DNA from: Armatimonadia bacterium
GTDB lineage: Bacteria > Armatimonadota > Zipacnadia > Zipacnadales > UBA11051
Assembly (NCBI GenBank): GCA_039683575.1
Contig: JBDKRC010000225.1
Location: 1-15,061, forward strand
Direction of reading: 5' to 3'
Length of the DNA stretch: 15,061 nt
Part shown: in pieces, positions 1 through 8,375 of the stretch
Layout of the letters: every line of letters begins with the position of its first letter
How positions within the stretch are numbered: the stretch's first letter is position 1
The notes under the pieces: generated by a model
The model's database searches: none
The model's input: only the letters and a program-made list of their open reading frames with translations
Told to the model about the DNA's origin: nothing
Program-made: the position numbers and the translations under genes

Positions 1-78
1 CGGGGGCTCCGTACCCCGCCGCGCGTGGCGATGGGTGATCGTAGACAACGACGGCGGGGTACGGAGCCCCCGCCCTAC
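1..78. repeat. Inverted REP doublet (REPIN-like), GTAG family; left copy cut by the window edge
   Basis: 1-21 CGGGGGCTCCGTACCCCGCCG is the exact reverse complement of 52-72. The right copy continues CCCTAC, so the minus strand reads GTAG-GGCGGGG-GCTCCGTA-CCCCGCC: a GTAG tetranucleotide followed by a 7-bp hairpin, the layout of RAYT-associated REPs. It lies just past the dnaE stop. Confidence 0.8.
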
Positions 79-92
79 AGCCGACTCATCGC

Positions 93-3000
93 CTACGCCG
101 GTACCCGCAGAACATCATCTTCAAAGAACCCGGTTACGCCACTGATGCGCATCAGTTCTGAGCGCAGTTCGGACGTCATCTCCACGCGCATCTGGTCGCC
201 GAGGGTCACCAGGCGGCGGGAGCCATTGCTGCGGATTGCGAGCGCCACCGGCTGACGGCCCGTGTGACGCGACAGCGTGGTCTGAAGGTGGCGAAGAGTG
301 TCGGGTGACGCTTCCTCTACCTGTAGCTCAATGTACATCCAGGGGCCGTAGTTGCGCGGGGCCTCAGCCGGCGTCTCTTCCTCGTCCGTGGACGGGAGCT
401 GCTCCTCGGTTACGAAGCCCTGCTCGGCCTCCTGGCGCTTCTTGGCGGACGCGCTGCGGGCCTGCTCGAGCGGCATGACACGGTCACAAAGCAGCTTGCA
501 TTCATAGCGAGGCGTGCCAGCGTCCTCTTCGTCGCTGTTGTGCGCGCCTCCGGAGGAGAGCTTCTTTTCCAGCGTCCCCTCCATGATGACAATCTCGTCT
601 TTGACCACGAACTGCCCGTACTTCTCATACCCGCGTGGAAAGAGCGTGACCTCCACCGACCCGGCGAGGCCGGTGAGGGTGAAAAACATCATCTGGTCGC
701 CCTTCTTGGTTGTGTAGGGCTTTGCCTCGCTGACCATGCCCCCGATCAGCAGGCTGGTCTTGTCCTTGAACTGTGGCAGCTCTTCGATGGTCGCGGTGCA
801 GCATTTGCTCAGCTTCTCCTGCGCGCGCAGGAGCGGGTGGTCGGAGACGTACAGGCCGAGGAGTTCCTTCTCAAGCTGCAGGGCCTCGTCGTCGGACATC
901 GGCTCTACGTTGGGCAGTTGCTCGCTGATCGCGTCGTCCTCGTCACCACCAAACAGGTCATCAAACAGAGCATTCTGGCCCTTGGCGGCATCGGCCTGCT
1001 GTTTCTGGGCCGAGGCGAAGGCGCCGTCGAGGGCAGCCAACAGTGCATTGCGCTCGCCGAGATCTGAGAGCGCTCCAGCCTGGATGAGGGTCTTGATGGC
1101 AGCCTTCGCGACGTTGCGCGGGCCCATGCGCCGGCAGAAATCGTGCAGGCTGGTAAAGGGGCCGCTCTCCTGCCGCTCCGCGGTGATTTGCTCGGCGGCT
1201 GAGTGTCCGAAAGTCTTAATGGCCGCCAGACCGAAGATCACGTCGCCGTTTGTGACGGTGAAACCCGCCTCACTGGCGTTGATGGACGGCGGGCGGACCG
1301 TGATGCCCTGTCGGGCGCACTCCAACACGTATTTGGCGATCTCGCCCGTGTTGTCCATGACGCTGGTCAACTGGGCGGATATGAGCTCTGCCGGCCAGTT
1401 CGCCTTCAGGTAGGCAGTCCAGTAGGCCACGAGCCCATAGGCGGCGCTATGAGACTTGTTGAAGCCGTAGTTGGAGAAGGTCACCATGCGGTCCCAGACC
1501 TGCTGGACCGCGTCCTCCGGCACGCCGTTGTTCTTGCACCCCTCAAAGAACAGCGGCTTCATCTGCAGCATCTTGGCTTCCTGCTTCTTAGCCATGGAGC
1601 GCATGATGATCTCAGCCTGCGGCATGGAGAAGCCAGCCAGTTGCGAGGCAACCTGCATTACCTGCTCTTGATATAGGATGACCCCGTAGGTTTCCTCAAG
1701 GATGGGCTTAAGCAGCGGGTGGAGGTACTTTACCTCGGCGCCGTGGCGGCCGGCGCAGAACTCGGGAGCCGAGTCCATCGGCCCAGGGCGGTACAGTGCC
1801 ACGAGAGCGATGACATGCTCAAACTTGTTGGGGCGAAGCTCGCGCAGAAGGTTGCGCATGCCCTCGCTTTCAAGCTGGAAGACCGCCGATGTATCCCCGC
1901 GCCCGAGCAAGTCATAGGTCTTGGGGTCGTCTTTGGGGACGTTGTGGAGATCTACTTTGATCCCGTGGTTGCGCTCGATGGCCTCCAGGGCGTAGCGGAT
2001 GATGGTCAGGGTCTTGAGCCCCAGGAAGTCCATCTTGACGAGACCCACGTCTACGACGGGGTTCATCGAATACTGGGTGATGACAGCTTCCTTCTCAACC
2101 TTGAGCGGGACCACGTCGGCGAGGGGCTTGTCTGAGATCACGACGGCGGCGGCGTGGACGGAAGAGTGCCGCGTGAGACCTTCCATGCGGCCCGCAAAAT
2201 CGGCCACGCGTCGCAGTTCCGGGTCATCCTTGACGCGCTCAATGACCTCGGGGGTTTCTTTGAGGGCCTTCTCAAGCGTCCAGCCCTTGCCCTCGGGAAT
2301 CGCCTTGGCCAAATCGTTGATCTTCGACTGCTCGACCCCCAGAACGCGCCCCACATCGCGCACGGCCTGCTTGGCGCCCATGGTGTTGAAAGTGCAGACC
2401 TGGGCGACATTGCCGCGGCCGTACTTCTCCCGAACGTATTCTATGATCTCTTCACGCCGGTCATCGGGGAAGTCGAGGTCAATGTCCGGCGGGCTGACGC
2501 GCTCAGGGTTGAGCATGCGCTCAAAAATGAGCTTGTTTTCCAGCGGGTCAACTTCGGTAATACCGGTCAGGTACGAGACGATGCTGCCGGTTGCCGATCC
2601 GCGCCCCGGCCCTACGAGCATCCCCCGGCGCTTGGCCTCGGCGATGAAGTCGCTGACGATCAGGAAGTAGCCGGAGTACTTGCAGTGCTCGATGACGGAA
2701 AGCTCGTAATTCAGGCGCTCAACAACATGCGAGGGGGGCGGCGCCCCATAGCGCGGCACCAGATTGCTCTCGCAGACGTGGCGGAGATAGGTTTCAACGG
2801 TGTGGCCCTCGGGTACCTCAAAGCGCGGCAGATTCAGGTGTCCCAGGTCCAGCTTGACATTGCAGCGTTCCGCGACTTCCGCCGTGTTGGCAATCGCCTG
2901 CGGCGCCTGGGGGAAGAGCTGCAGCATCTCCTCCTCGGTGCGGACGTAGAACTTGTCCGCACCGAAGCGCAGGCGCTTGGGATCGCTGTAAAGGGAGTTG

Positions 3001-3686
3001 GTGCCCACGCAGAGCAGCACGTCGTGCAACTCCGCCTCGTCGGGCATCAGATAGTGGCAGTCATTGGTCGCGACGACTTTGGCGCCGGTCTCTCGAGAAA
3101 GCTGGAGCTTGCCTTCGTTGATCTTCGCCTGCCCCTCCAGCCCGTGCTCCATGAGTTCGAGGTAGACGTTCTCGGGGCCGTAGAGCTCCCTGAGTTGCCC
3201 CAGGTGCTGTCGCGCGCCGTCGATATCGTCGTTGAGCAAGCGGTTGCCGATCACCCCGGCCTGGCAGGCGCTGAGGCAGATCAGGCCTTCGCGATGGGCG
3301 GCGAGCAGTTCGAGGTCAACGCGGGGCTTATAGTAGAAACCCTCAAGGTGTGCGGCGGAGACCACGCGGAGCAGGTTCTGGTAGCCCTGGTTGTCGGCGG
3401 CCAGCAGGACCAGGTGGTGGAGTTCCTTCTGTCCGCGAGCGGGGTCGCGTTCGAGGCGCGAGTAGTTGGTGTAGTAGACCTCACAGCCGATGACGGGCTT
3501 GATGCCAGCCTTCTCAGCGGCCTTGTAGAAATCAATTGCGCCATACATGACGCCATGATCCGTCATGGCGACAGCGGGCATCTCCAATTCGACGCAGCGC
3601 TTCACGAGACGGTCTACACGACAGGCGCCGTCAAGCAGGCTGTATTCGGTGTGAAGGTGGAGATGGGAGAAGCCGTACTGTGACAT
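93..3686 (-). CDS. dnaE: DNA polymerase III subunit alpha
   Basis: 1197 aa. PHP motifs HLHLHTEYSLLDG, MTDHG, GCEVY, NDCHY; polymerase motifs GPGRGSATGS, FERMLNPERVSPPDIDLDF, KMDFLGL, YGFNKSH; EKELLGLYVSDHPL followed by an OB-fold region. Confidence 0.98.
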   Translation of the reverse strand: MSQYGFSHLHLHTEYSLLDGACRVDRLVKRCVELEMPAVAMTDHGVMYGAIDFYKAAEKAGIKPVIGCEVYYTNYSRLERDPARGQKELHHLVLLAADNQGYQNLLRVVSAAHLEGFYYKPRVDLELLAAHREGLICLSACQAGVIGNRLLNDDIDGARQHLGQLRELYGPENVYLELMEHGLEGQAKINEGKLQLSRETGAKVVATNDCHYLMPDEAELHDVLLCVGTNSLYSDPKRLRFGADKFYVRTEEEMLQLFPQAPQAIANTAEVAERCNVKLDLGHLNLPRFEVPEGHTVETYLRHVCESNLVPRYGAPPPSHVVERLNYELSVIEHCKYSGYFLIVSDFIAEAKRRGMLVGPGRGSATGSIVSYLTGITEVDPLENKLIFERMLNPERVSPPDIDLDFPDDRREEIIEYVREKYGRGNVAQVCTFNTMGAKQAVRDVGRVLGVEQSKINDLAKAIPEGKGWTLEKALKETPEVIERVKDDPELRRVADFAGRMEGLTRHSSVHAAAVVISDKPLADVVPLKVEKEAVITQYSMNPVVDVGLVKMDFLGLKTLTIIRYALEAIERNHGIKVDLHNVPKDDPKTYDLLGRGDTSAVFQLESEGMRNLLRELRPNKFEHVIALVALYRPGPMDSAPEFCAGRHGAEVKYLHPLLKPILEETYGVILYQEQVMQVASQLAGFSMPQAEIIMRSMAKKQEAKMLQMKPLFFEGCKNNGVPEDAVQQVWDRMVTFSNYGFNKSHSAAYGLVAYWTAYLKANWPAELISAQLTSVMDNTGEIAKYVLECARQGITVRPPSINASEAGFTVTNGDVIFGLAAIKTFGHSAAEQITAERQESGPFTSLHDFCRRMGPRNVAKAAIKTLIQAGALSDLGERNALLAALDGAFASAQKQQADAAKGQNALFDDLFGGDEDDAISEQLPNVEPMSDDEALQLEKELLGLYVSDHPLLRAQEKLSKCCTATIEELPQFKDKTSLLIGGMVSEAKPYTTKKGDQMMFFTLTGLAGSVEVTLFPRGYEKYGQFVVKDEIVIMEGTLEKKLSSGGAHNSDEEDAGTPRYECKLLCDRVMPLEQARSASAKKRQEAEQGFVTEEQLPSTDEEETPAEAPRNYGPWMYIELQVEEASPDTLRHLQTTLSRHTGRQPVALAIRSNGSRRLVTLGDQMRVEMTSELRSELMRISGVTGFFEDDVLRVPA

Positions 3687-3745
3687 GATCTGCTTTACTT
3701 ATGGTGAAAGAGGGCGTCAGAAAACGATACTTCGAGCGAAGCGGG

Positions 3746-4720
3746 TTAGCGAACCGGAGCAGACTGCTGCTGCACTGGCGCCGGCTGAACGGCAGGCTGA
3801 GCCGTAGGCTGTTGCGTCGGTTGGACTGTGGCCGCCGGCTGCTGCATAGGGACGGCTGGCTGCGTCTGTGTCGCTGCAGGCGGCGTAGCAGGGCTGCTGG
3901 TGGCCGCCGGGGCCTCTTCAGTCGCTGCCGGGGCAGCCTTCTCTGGGGCCACAACCTGAGCGAATGACTTCAGAAGGTTGCCTATCTCGGTCAGTTCCGC
4001 GGCGACAACCGGCCAGGCCTGTCGCTGCAGCGAGTCTTCGGCGCCGCGGGCCGCAGCCTGTGCGTTGTCAAGCGTGGCGCCGCCTGGAATCGGCTTTTGC
4101 AGGACGGCGTTCAGCGTCTGCAGGGCCGAGGCGCCATCGCCACGCGCCGTGGAGGCGCGGGCGGTCTCAATTTCTTTCAGTACATCCGGCACAAGCTCAG
4201 CGGGACGACCGCTGACGCCCGCGTCGCTGGCCATCAGAAGCTCCTGCGTCGCTCCCGGGAACTCCTTCGAGCCGATGGACTGCTGGGTGCGGATCTGGTA
4301 GACGGCACGGTCGACATTGCGGACGATGGCCCGGCCCGGCAGATCCGCGTCGAGGCTCTGCAGGACCCTCTTGAGCCGATCCAGTGCCGACTTCGTGGCG
4401 GCCGCATCGTGGGCCTCAACGGCCTTCTGCGCCTCGGTGACGGCGTCGCGAGCTACCGCGAGGTCGCGAACCACAGGCGGGTCGCCGGCCTTCTCGGCGT
4501 CGAGGGTCTGCCGCCGCTTGACCTCCTCGGCGAGCATGGCCAGGTTCTTGCCGGTGGCTTCTTGATACTGCCGCAGCTCCTGCAGGATCTGCGAATTGGT
4601 ATCTGTCTGCTGTGCTTGGCCCTGGGGCGTTGCAGAGCGCTGGCAACCGGCGAGCAGACATGCTCCCACAGCCGCCAAAATGAGCGTTACAACCATGATG
4701 CGAAACGCCGGGCGGTTCAT
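3746..4720 (-). CDS. Predicted lipoprotein, alpha-helical, with a Pro/Ala/Gln/Thr-rich C-terminal tail; function unknown
   Basis: Start moved from 4795 to ATG 4720 (MNRPAFR): it has a GAGGT Shine-Dalgarno-like motif upstream, and the 4795 ATG overlaps a -10 box. Basic N-terminus, hydrophobic stretch and lipobox LLAG-C. Co-oriented with dnaE, 59 bp upstream of it. Confidence 0.8.
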   Translation of the reverse strand: MNRPAFRIMVVTLILAAVGACLLAGCQRSATPQGQAQQTDTNSQILQELRQYQEATGKNLAMLAEEVKRRQTLDAEKAGDPPVVRDLAVARDAVTEAQKAVEAHDAAATKSALDRLKRVLQSLDADLPGRAIVRNVDRAVYQIRTQQSIGSKEFPGATQELLMASDAGVSGRPAELVPDVLKEIETARASTARGDGASALQTLNAVLQKPIPGGATLDNAQAAARGAEDSLQRQAWPVVAAELTEIGNLLKSFAQVVAPEKAAPAATEEAPAATSSPATPPAATQTQPAVPMQQPAATVQPTQQPTAQPAVQPAPVQQQSAPVR

Positions 4721-4793
4721 CAGAGGGCTACCTCGACCGTTGGGTTGGAGAGCGCGGAGAGCGGCTGCAGAGGGGTCTTTACCCGTGTGGGGC

Positions 4794-4823
4794 ATTATAA
4801 GTCAAAGGAAGCCCGAAATGCAA
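4794..4823 (-). promoter_or_regulatory. Putative sigma70-type promoter for the lipoprotein gene (possibly extending to dnaE)
   Basis: Minus strand TTGCAT (4823-4818), 18-bp spacer, perfect TATAAT (4799-4794), in an otherwise GC-rich context about 70 bp upstream of the ATG. Confidence 0.65.
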
Positions 4824-4918
4824 CCGCACAGCGGGACGCGAGGAGCCGCCTTTGCTCAGTAGGTAGCCCGAAGTCTCACGCGGCACGGGCTGCCCCAGCA
4901 CACGCCCGCAGCCGGTGA

Positions 4919-6037
4919 GGACAGTCACTGTCATGGGAAGACGAGAAGGGGATAGCGCAGGAGATCCAACTTGAGCGTGTGTACATTCCCGGCAACCACG
5001 ACCGCCTCTGTAACAAGCACCCGCGAGTTCGACGTTTCGTCGACCGAGTGCTTGGACTGCATCGCCCCGTGGCGGATGCTCCATTCGACTGGCAACTCAA
5101 TGATTCTGAGCATGCGGTCCTGGCGAGACACGGCCACGTTTTCGACGGGGAGAACTTCGCAGGAAGAGCACTGACGGATCCAGGGCACCTGCTGACCCCA
5201 GTCGGGGATTTGCTCACGGTCGAGATCGCCTCCACTCTGCCCGATCGGATGACAAGCATTCTCGAGTCCTTTGGTCATCCGCCCTCGCCTGAAATCACGG
5301 CAGGTCTGAAGCGGGACCTGGAGGCGATGTTCTCGGTCCCCGGCTTCAGTGCGCTGACCTGGTTCTGGAAGAGGGTGGTCCGCCGCTGGCGCGGCGGCAA
5401 ATGCTTCATTGCGGCTGTGTGGGCGTTGGCCGCTTTGCTGTGGCGCTTCGCGCGGCGTTGCCTGCAGCTCCCTCGATGGTTCGGCAGATCCTGGGGGCAG
5501 AATGTGTTGTGGGCACTGCGTTCGGCGATTGTGGTGTCGGTAGTGGCCGCCCTGCCTCTCATCGCGGCTCTCGTGTGTTGGCGAGTATCCGCCCTCGCGA
5601 TCCCGCTGGGACGGGTGCTAACCGACGGGGCCAGAGCAATCGGGGCTGAAGTCTGTGCTCTACTCCTCCTGTGGGGACCGGTCATTGTGCGCAACCCAGA
5701 CCGTTGGTTGCGCAAGGGCGCGAGAGATGATGCCAAGAGGTCCATGAAGCTTGCCCCGGACTGTGTGCGCTACATTGTCTACGGACACACGCACCATGCT
5801 CTGCAGGAGTTGCTGACAGTCTGCCCCGACGGCAGACCTATCTACTACCTCAATACGGGAACTTGGCGACAGATCATCGATCTTGCTGGAGACAATTCGG
5901 ACTTCGCCTCATACAAGACCCTTAGCTACGTGGTGGTCTACGGGCAGGCAGAGCAGGAGAGGAGACTTCGCAATGGCCAGCCACGCCAGTACTTCGAGGG
6001 CTGGGCTGGCAAACTACGCGACGAGGAGTGTTTCTGA
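4919..6037 (+). pseudogene. 5'-truncated calcineurin-like metallophosphoesterase with inserted hydrophobic segments (could still be translated from GTG 4979)
   Basis: Later motifs present: YIPGNHD, ARHGH, VYGHTH, YLNTGTW. The N-terminal DxH and GDxxD motifs are absent. The frame is open only back to TGA 4916-4918, and there is no room upstream before the divergent promoter. Confidence 0.7.
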
Positions 6038-6109
6038 CGCAGTTGCAGTGGATCGTGTGGCTCAGTTGTTGGTTCGCCAGAATAGCACCGGCTTTGGAGG
6101 TTGGCAGGC

Positions 6110-6853
6110 GTGAGCGACATGCAGACGATCATCGATGGGATGACTGACGATCAGAAGGCTGAGTTCGGCGACAGGTTCCTACGGACTTGGAGTGACCATG
6201 GCTTCGGCACGCTTAGCAAACGCGACACAGAGCTACTACTGTTCAGTTGTCTGACCGAGGTGATAGGGGAGGGGCTTCCTCGCACCAACTACGACTGGGC
6301 GCGGGCACTGCGAATCACACCTGCACGGGTGCGCAACCTGCGGCGCGATGCCTACATGCGCTTCGGAAGCCTGCTTGATGCCGATCAGGGCGTGGCTCTA
6401 CTGAGGAGGTGTCTCGCCAATGTAACCACGATGCAGGTGGATCTATCCGGGAATGGTACTGGCAGCGTGCAGATCGTGGCGGACGACCCCGTCATCGAAC
6501 TGGAACTCGAGCCGAGACTCAAAGCGTTGGGCGGGTACTATGAGTACGGCCGTAACCGGGAGTTGCTGCAGATTCCCCTGTCGAGCTTCGTTGCCGTCGT
6601 GGACACCGTCCTTGGTGTAGACAGTGAAGAGACTTTCGTGGCTGTGATGGAGAGGGTTTTGCAGGACCAAAGAGCCCGTGGCGCAGTGGACCGTGAGCTT
6701 GCCAGCAAAGCTTGGGCAGACAAGTCTGAGGGCGGCAAGATACTTCATTTCCTGAAGTTCCTCGCTCATACCTTTGCTGACAAACCTGCCAAGCTAATCG
6801 AGTATCTGGAGCCAATCATGGGAAGTCATAAGTACCAGATAGCGAAGCCGTAG
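6110..6853 (+). CDS. Hypothetical protein with an N-terminal helix-turn-helix-like segment
   Basis: Open frame of ~247 aa. GGAGG at 6096-6100 favours GTG 6110 (ATG 6119 also possible). TNYDWARALRITPARVRNLRRDA resembles an HTH. Composition is protein-like. Confidence 0.8.
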   Translation: MSDMQTIIDGMTDDQKAEFGDRFLRTWSDHGFGTLSKRDTELLLFSCLTEVIGEGLPRTNYDWARALRITPARVRNLRRDAYMRFGSLLDADQGVALLRRCLANVTTMQVDLSGNGTGSVQIVADDPVIELELEPRLKALGGYYEYGRNRELLQIPLSSFVAVVDTVLGVDSEETFVAVMERVLQDQRARGAVDRELASKAWADKSEGGKILHFLKFLAHTFADKPAKLIEYLEPIMGSHKYQIAKP

Positions 6854-7073
6854 CAGACACGCGTGGATCGCACGACGCGGGGTTGCGGGACCGCCCCAGG
6901 CAGCTGACCGTTAGGCAGTGGCCCACCGGGGTTAGTGCAAGTCTCAATTCGACACGACGCTGCTTTCCGGGTTCAGTCAGTAGGAAAGGAGCTGCAGGCC
7001 GGCGAATAGACGTACAATACCATAGACTATGTCGAGGAGCCACCCAGGCTCACCTCGTCTTGCTGGAATCAGC

Positions 7074-7101
7074 ATGGGTCATAATTCGGCTTATAGACCC
7101 A
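7074..7101. other. dif-like site 1: ATGGGTCATAA-TTCGGC-TTATAGACCCA
   Basis: 11-6-11 layout with the CATAA-N6-TTAT core of E. coli dif (GGTGCGCATAA-TGTATA-TTATGTTAAAT). Arms TGGGTC/GACCCA are complementary with one extra A. About 180 bp upstream of a Xer-like recombinase. Confidence 0.6.
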
Positions 7102-7150
7102 CTCTCCGACCCCAAATCATCCCCTGCAGTGGCGGAAGGCATCTGAAGAA

Positions 7151-7178
7151 GCGGCACATAATCACTTTTATTGTGCCC
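7151..7178. other. dif-like site 2: GCGGCACATAA-TCACTT-TTATTGTGCCC
   Basis: Same CATAA-N6-TTAT core, 77 bp after site 1. Arms GGCAC/GTGCC are complementary with one extra T at the same position as the extra A in site 1. Confidence 0.6.
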
Positions 7179-7278
7179 ACTGTATTCAGAAGCCTTTGAT
7201 CCCCCGGTTATGAACACAACTTGAGCGCGGCGATGTGTCCCCTTCCTGCTCCGGCAGACGGAAAGGATGTGCACGTAA

Positions 7279-8199
7279 GTGCAAGTGACTCTGGACACAC
7301 TCGCTCAGCAGTTTCTCCTCTATCTGCAGGCCGAACGAGGCTGCAGCCCCCTCACAGCAGCGGCCTACCGCTCCGACCTCGCCAGCTTCTTCACCCCCCT
7401 TCAGAAGACGTTCGCCGTGGAAACGCCCGACCACATCACAGTCGACATGGTCCGGTCCTGGATCGTGTCCATGCACGCGAGAGGGCTCTGCGCCGACAGC
7501 ACCGCGCGGCGTGTTGCTGGCTTCAAGAGCTTCTGGAAGTACCTGTGCGAGAACGACTTGGCGTCGCCTGCTCTGCTGCTCAAGGTACGCGTACCGAAGC
7601 GACAGCGGAGCCTGCCGCAGTATCTCAGTGCGAGCGAACTGCGCAGTCTGCTCGACGCTGCGATTGGTCAGAGAAATGCCTTCTCGGCCTTTCGCGACTA
7701 CGCCATCATGGCAACGTTCGTCTATACCGGATTGAGGCGGGCGGAACTCCTAAGCCTCAGGATAGCTGATGTTGGTCTGGCGGAGGGGGTGCTGCGGGTT
7801 GTGTCTGGCAAAGGGGGCAAGACGCGTGTCATCCCGATTGTGGCGGAACTGCGCGAGGCGTTGGCTGATTGGCTTGAGGTGCGTCGGGCAACTCCCCGTC
7901 ATGACTACCTATTCATCGCCAGCCGGGGCAACCGAATCTATGCCGGACGACTACAGATCATCTGGAAGAAGCTGCTGGGTCTGACCGGCATTGCCCGGCC
8001 CGGTGTCAGCATGCATACCCTTAGGCATTCGTTTGCCACTCTGCTCTTGCGGAGTGGACAGGCGGACCTGGTCTCGATCCAGCTGCTGCTTGGGCATAGT
8101 CGGCTGGATACGACGGCGATCTATCTGCATGTCAGTGGGCAGCAGTTGAGGAAAGCGGTGGCGGCGCACCCGCTGGCTTCTCAAGCTCCCGTGACGTGA
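7279..8199 (+). CDS. Tyrosine recombinase, XerC/XerD-like
   Basis: 306 aa. N-terminal SAM-like core-binding region (FLLYLQAERGCSPLTAAAYRSDL). Full catalytic set R153 (TGLRRAEL), K178 (GKGGKTR), H246/R249 (HTLRHSFAT), H273 (LLGH), Y282. GTG start with GGAAAGGA at 7260-7267. Confidence 0.95.
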   Translation: MQVTLDTLAQQFLLYLQAERGCSPLTAAAYRSDLASFFTPLQKTFAVETPDHITVDMVRSWIVSMHARGLCADSTARRVAGFKSFWKYLCENDLASPALLLKVRVPKRQRSLPQYLSASELRSLLDAAIGQRNAFSAFRDYAIMATFVYTGLRRAELLSLRIADVGLAEGVLRVVSGKGGKTRVIPIVAELREALADWLEVRRATPRHDYLFIASRGNRIYAGRLQIIWKKLLGLTGIARPGVSMHTLRHSFATLLLRSGQADLVSIQLLLGHSRLDTTAIYLHVSGQQLRKAVAAHPLASQAPVT

Positions 8200-8241
8200 A
8201 CCATGTTGGTGTGGTTTTCGCATCAGCACCTGCACATCGGC

Positions 8242-8375
8242 GGCGGACCTGATCATGGTACGGTAGGGCCCTTACGGCGCGCCGCTTGGCTTCTGCTTGT
8301 TGGGGCATCTGGTGCTCAGCCTTCTGCGAGCAGAGCGGCGCAAGAGTGGTGGGAGCTCCTTGCACCGTATCCGCC
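8242..8375 (+). other. Extended nested stem-loop downstream of the recombinase (candidate structured RNA or ssDNA element)
   Basis: Nested pairings: GGCGGA 8242-47/TCCGCC 8370-75; TACGGT 8259-64/ACCGTA 8364-69; AGGGCCCTTAC 8265-75/GTGGGAGCTCCT 8349-60 (imperfect, G.U); GCGCCGCT 8279-86/AGCGGCGC 8334-41; CTGCTTGT 8293-8300/GCGAGCAG 8326-33 (two G.U). Confidence 0.5.

Noticed and set aside
540-3683. Long plus-strand ORFs opposite dnaE (e.g. 2154-3683, 509 aa; 736-1413; 1999-2670)
   Set aside because: Antisense shadows typical of GC-rich coding DNA; no recognisable motifs.
93-3686. Intein or split in dnaE
   Set aside because: Length and motif spacing are those of an uninterrupted DnaE; no intein splice-junction or LAGLIDADG motifs were seen.
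7191-7218. Third dif-like site with right arm TTATGAACACA (7208-18)
   Set aside because: No ATAA left arm at the 6-bp spacing; at most a half-site.
7279-8199. Assigning the symbol xerC or xerD
   Set aside because: Family membership is clear, but orthology cannot be established by eye and the context looks accessory.
8236-8300. SRP RNA-like words on the minus strand (TCAGGTCCG; GCAGAAGCCAAG)
   Set aside because: The conserved GGAAGGAAGCAGC segment is missing and the two words occur in the wrong order.
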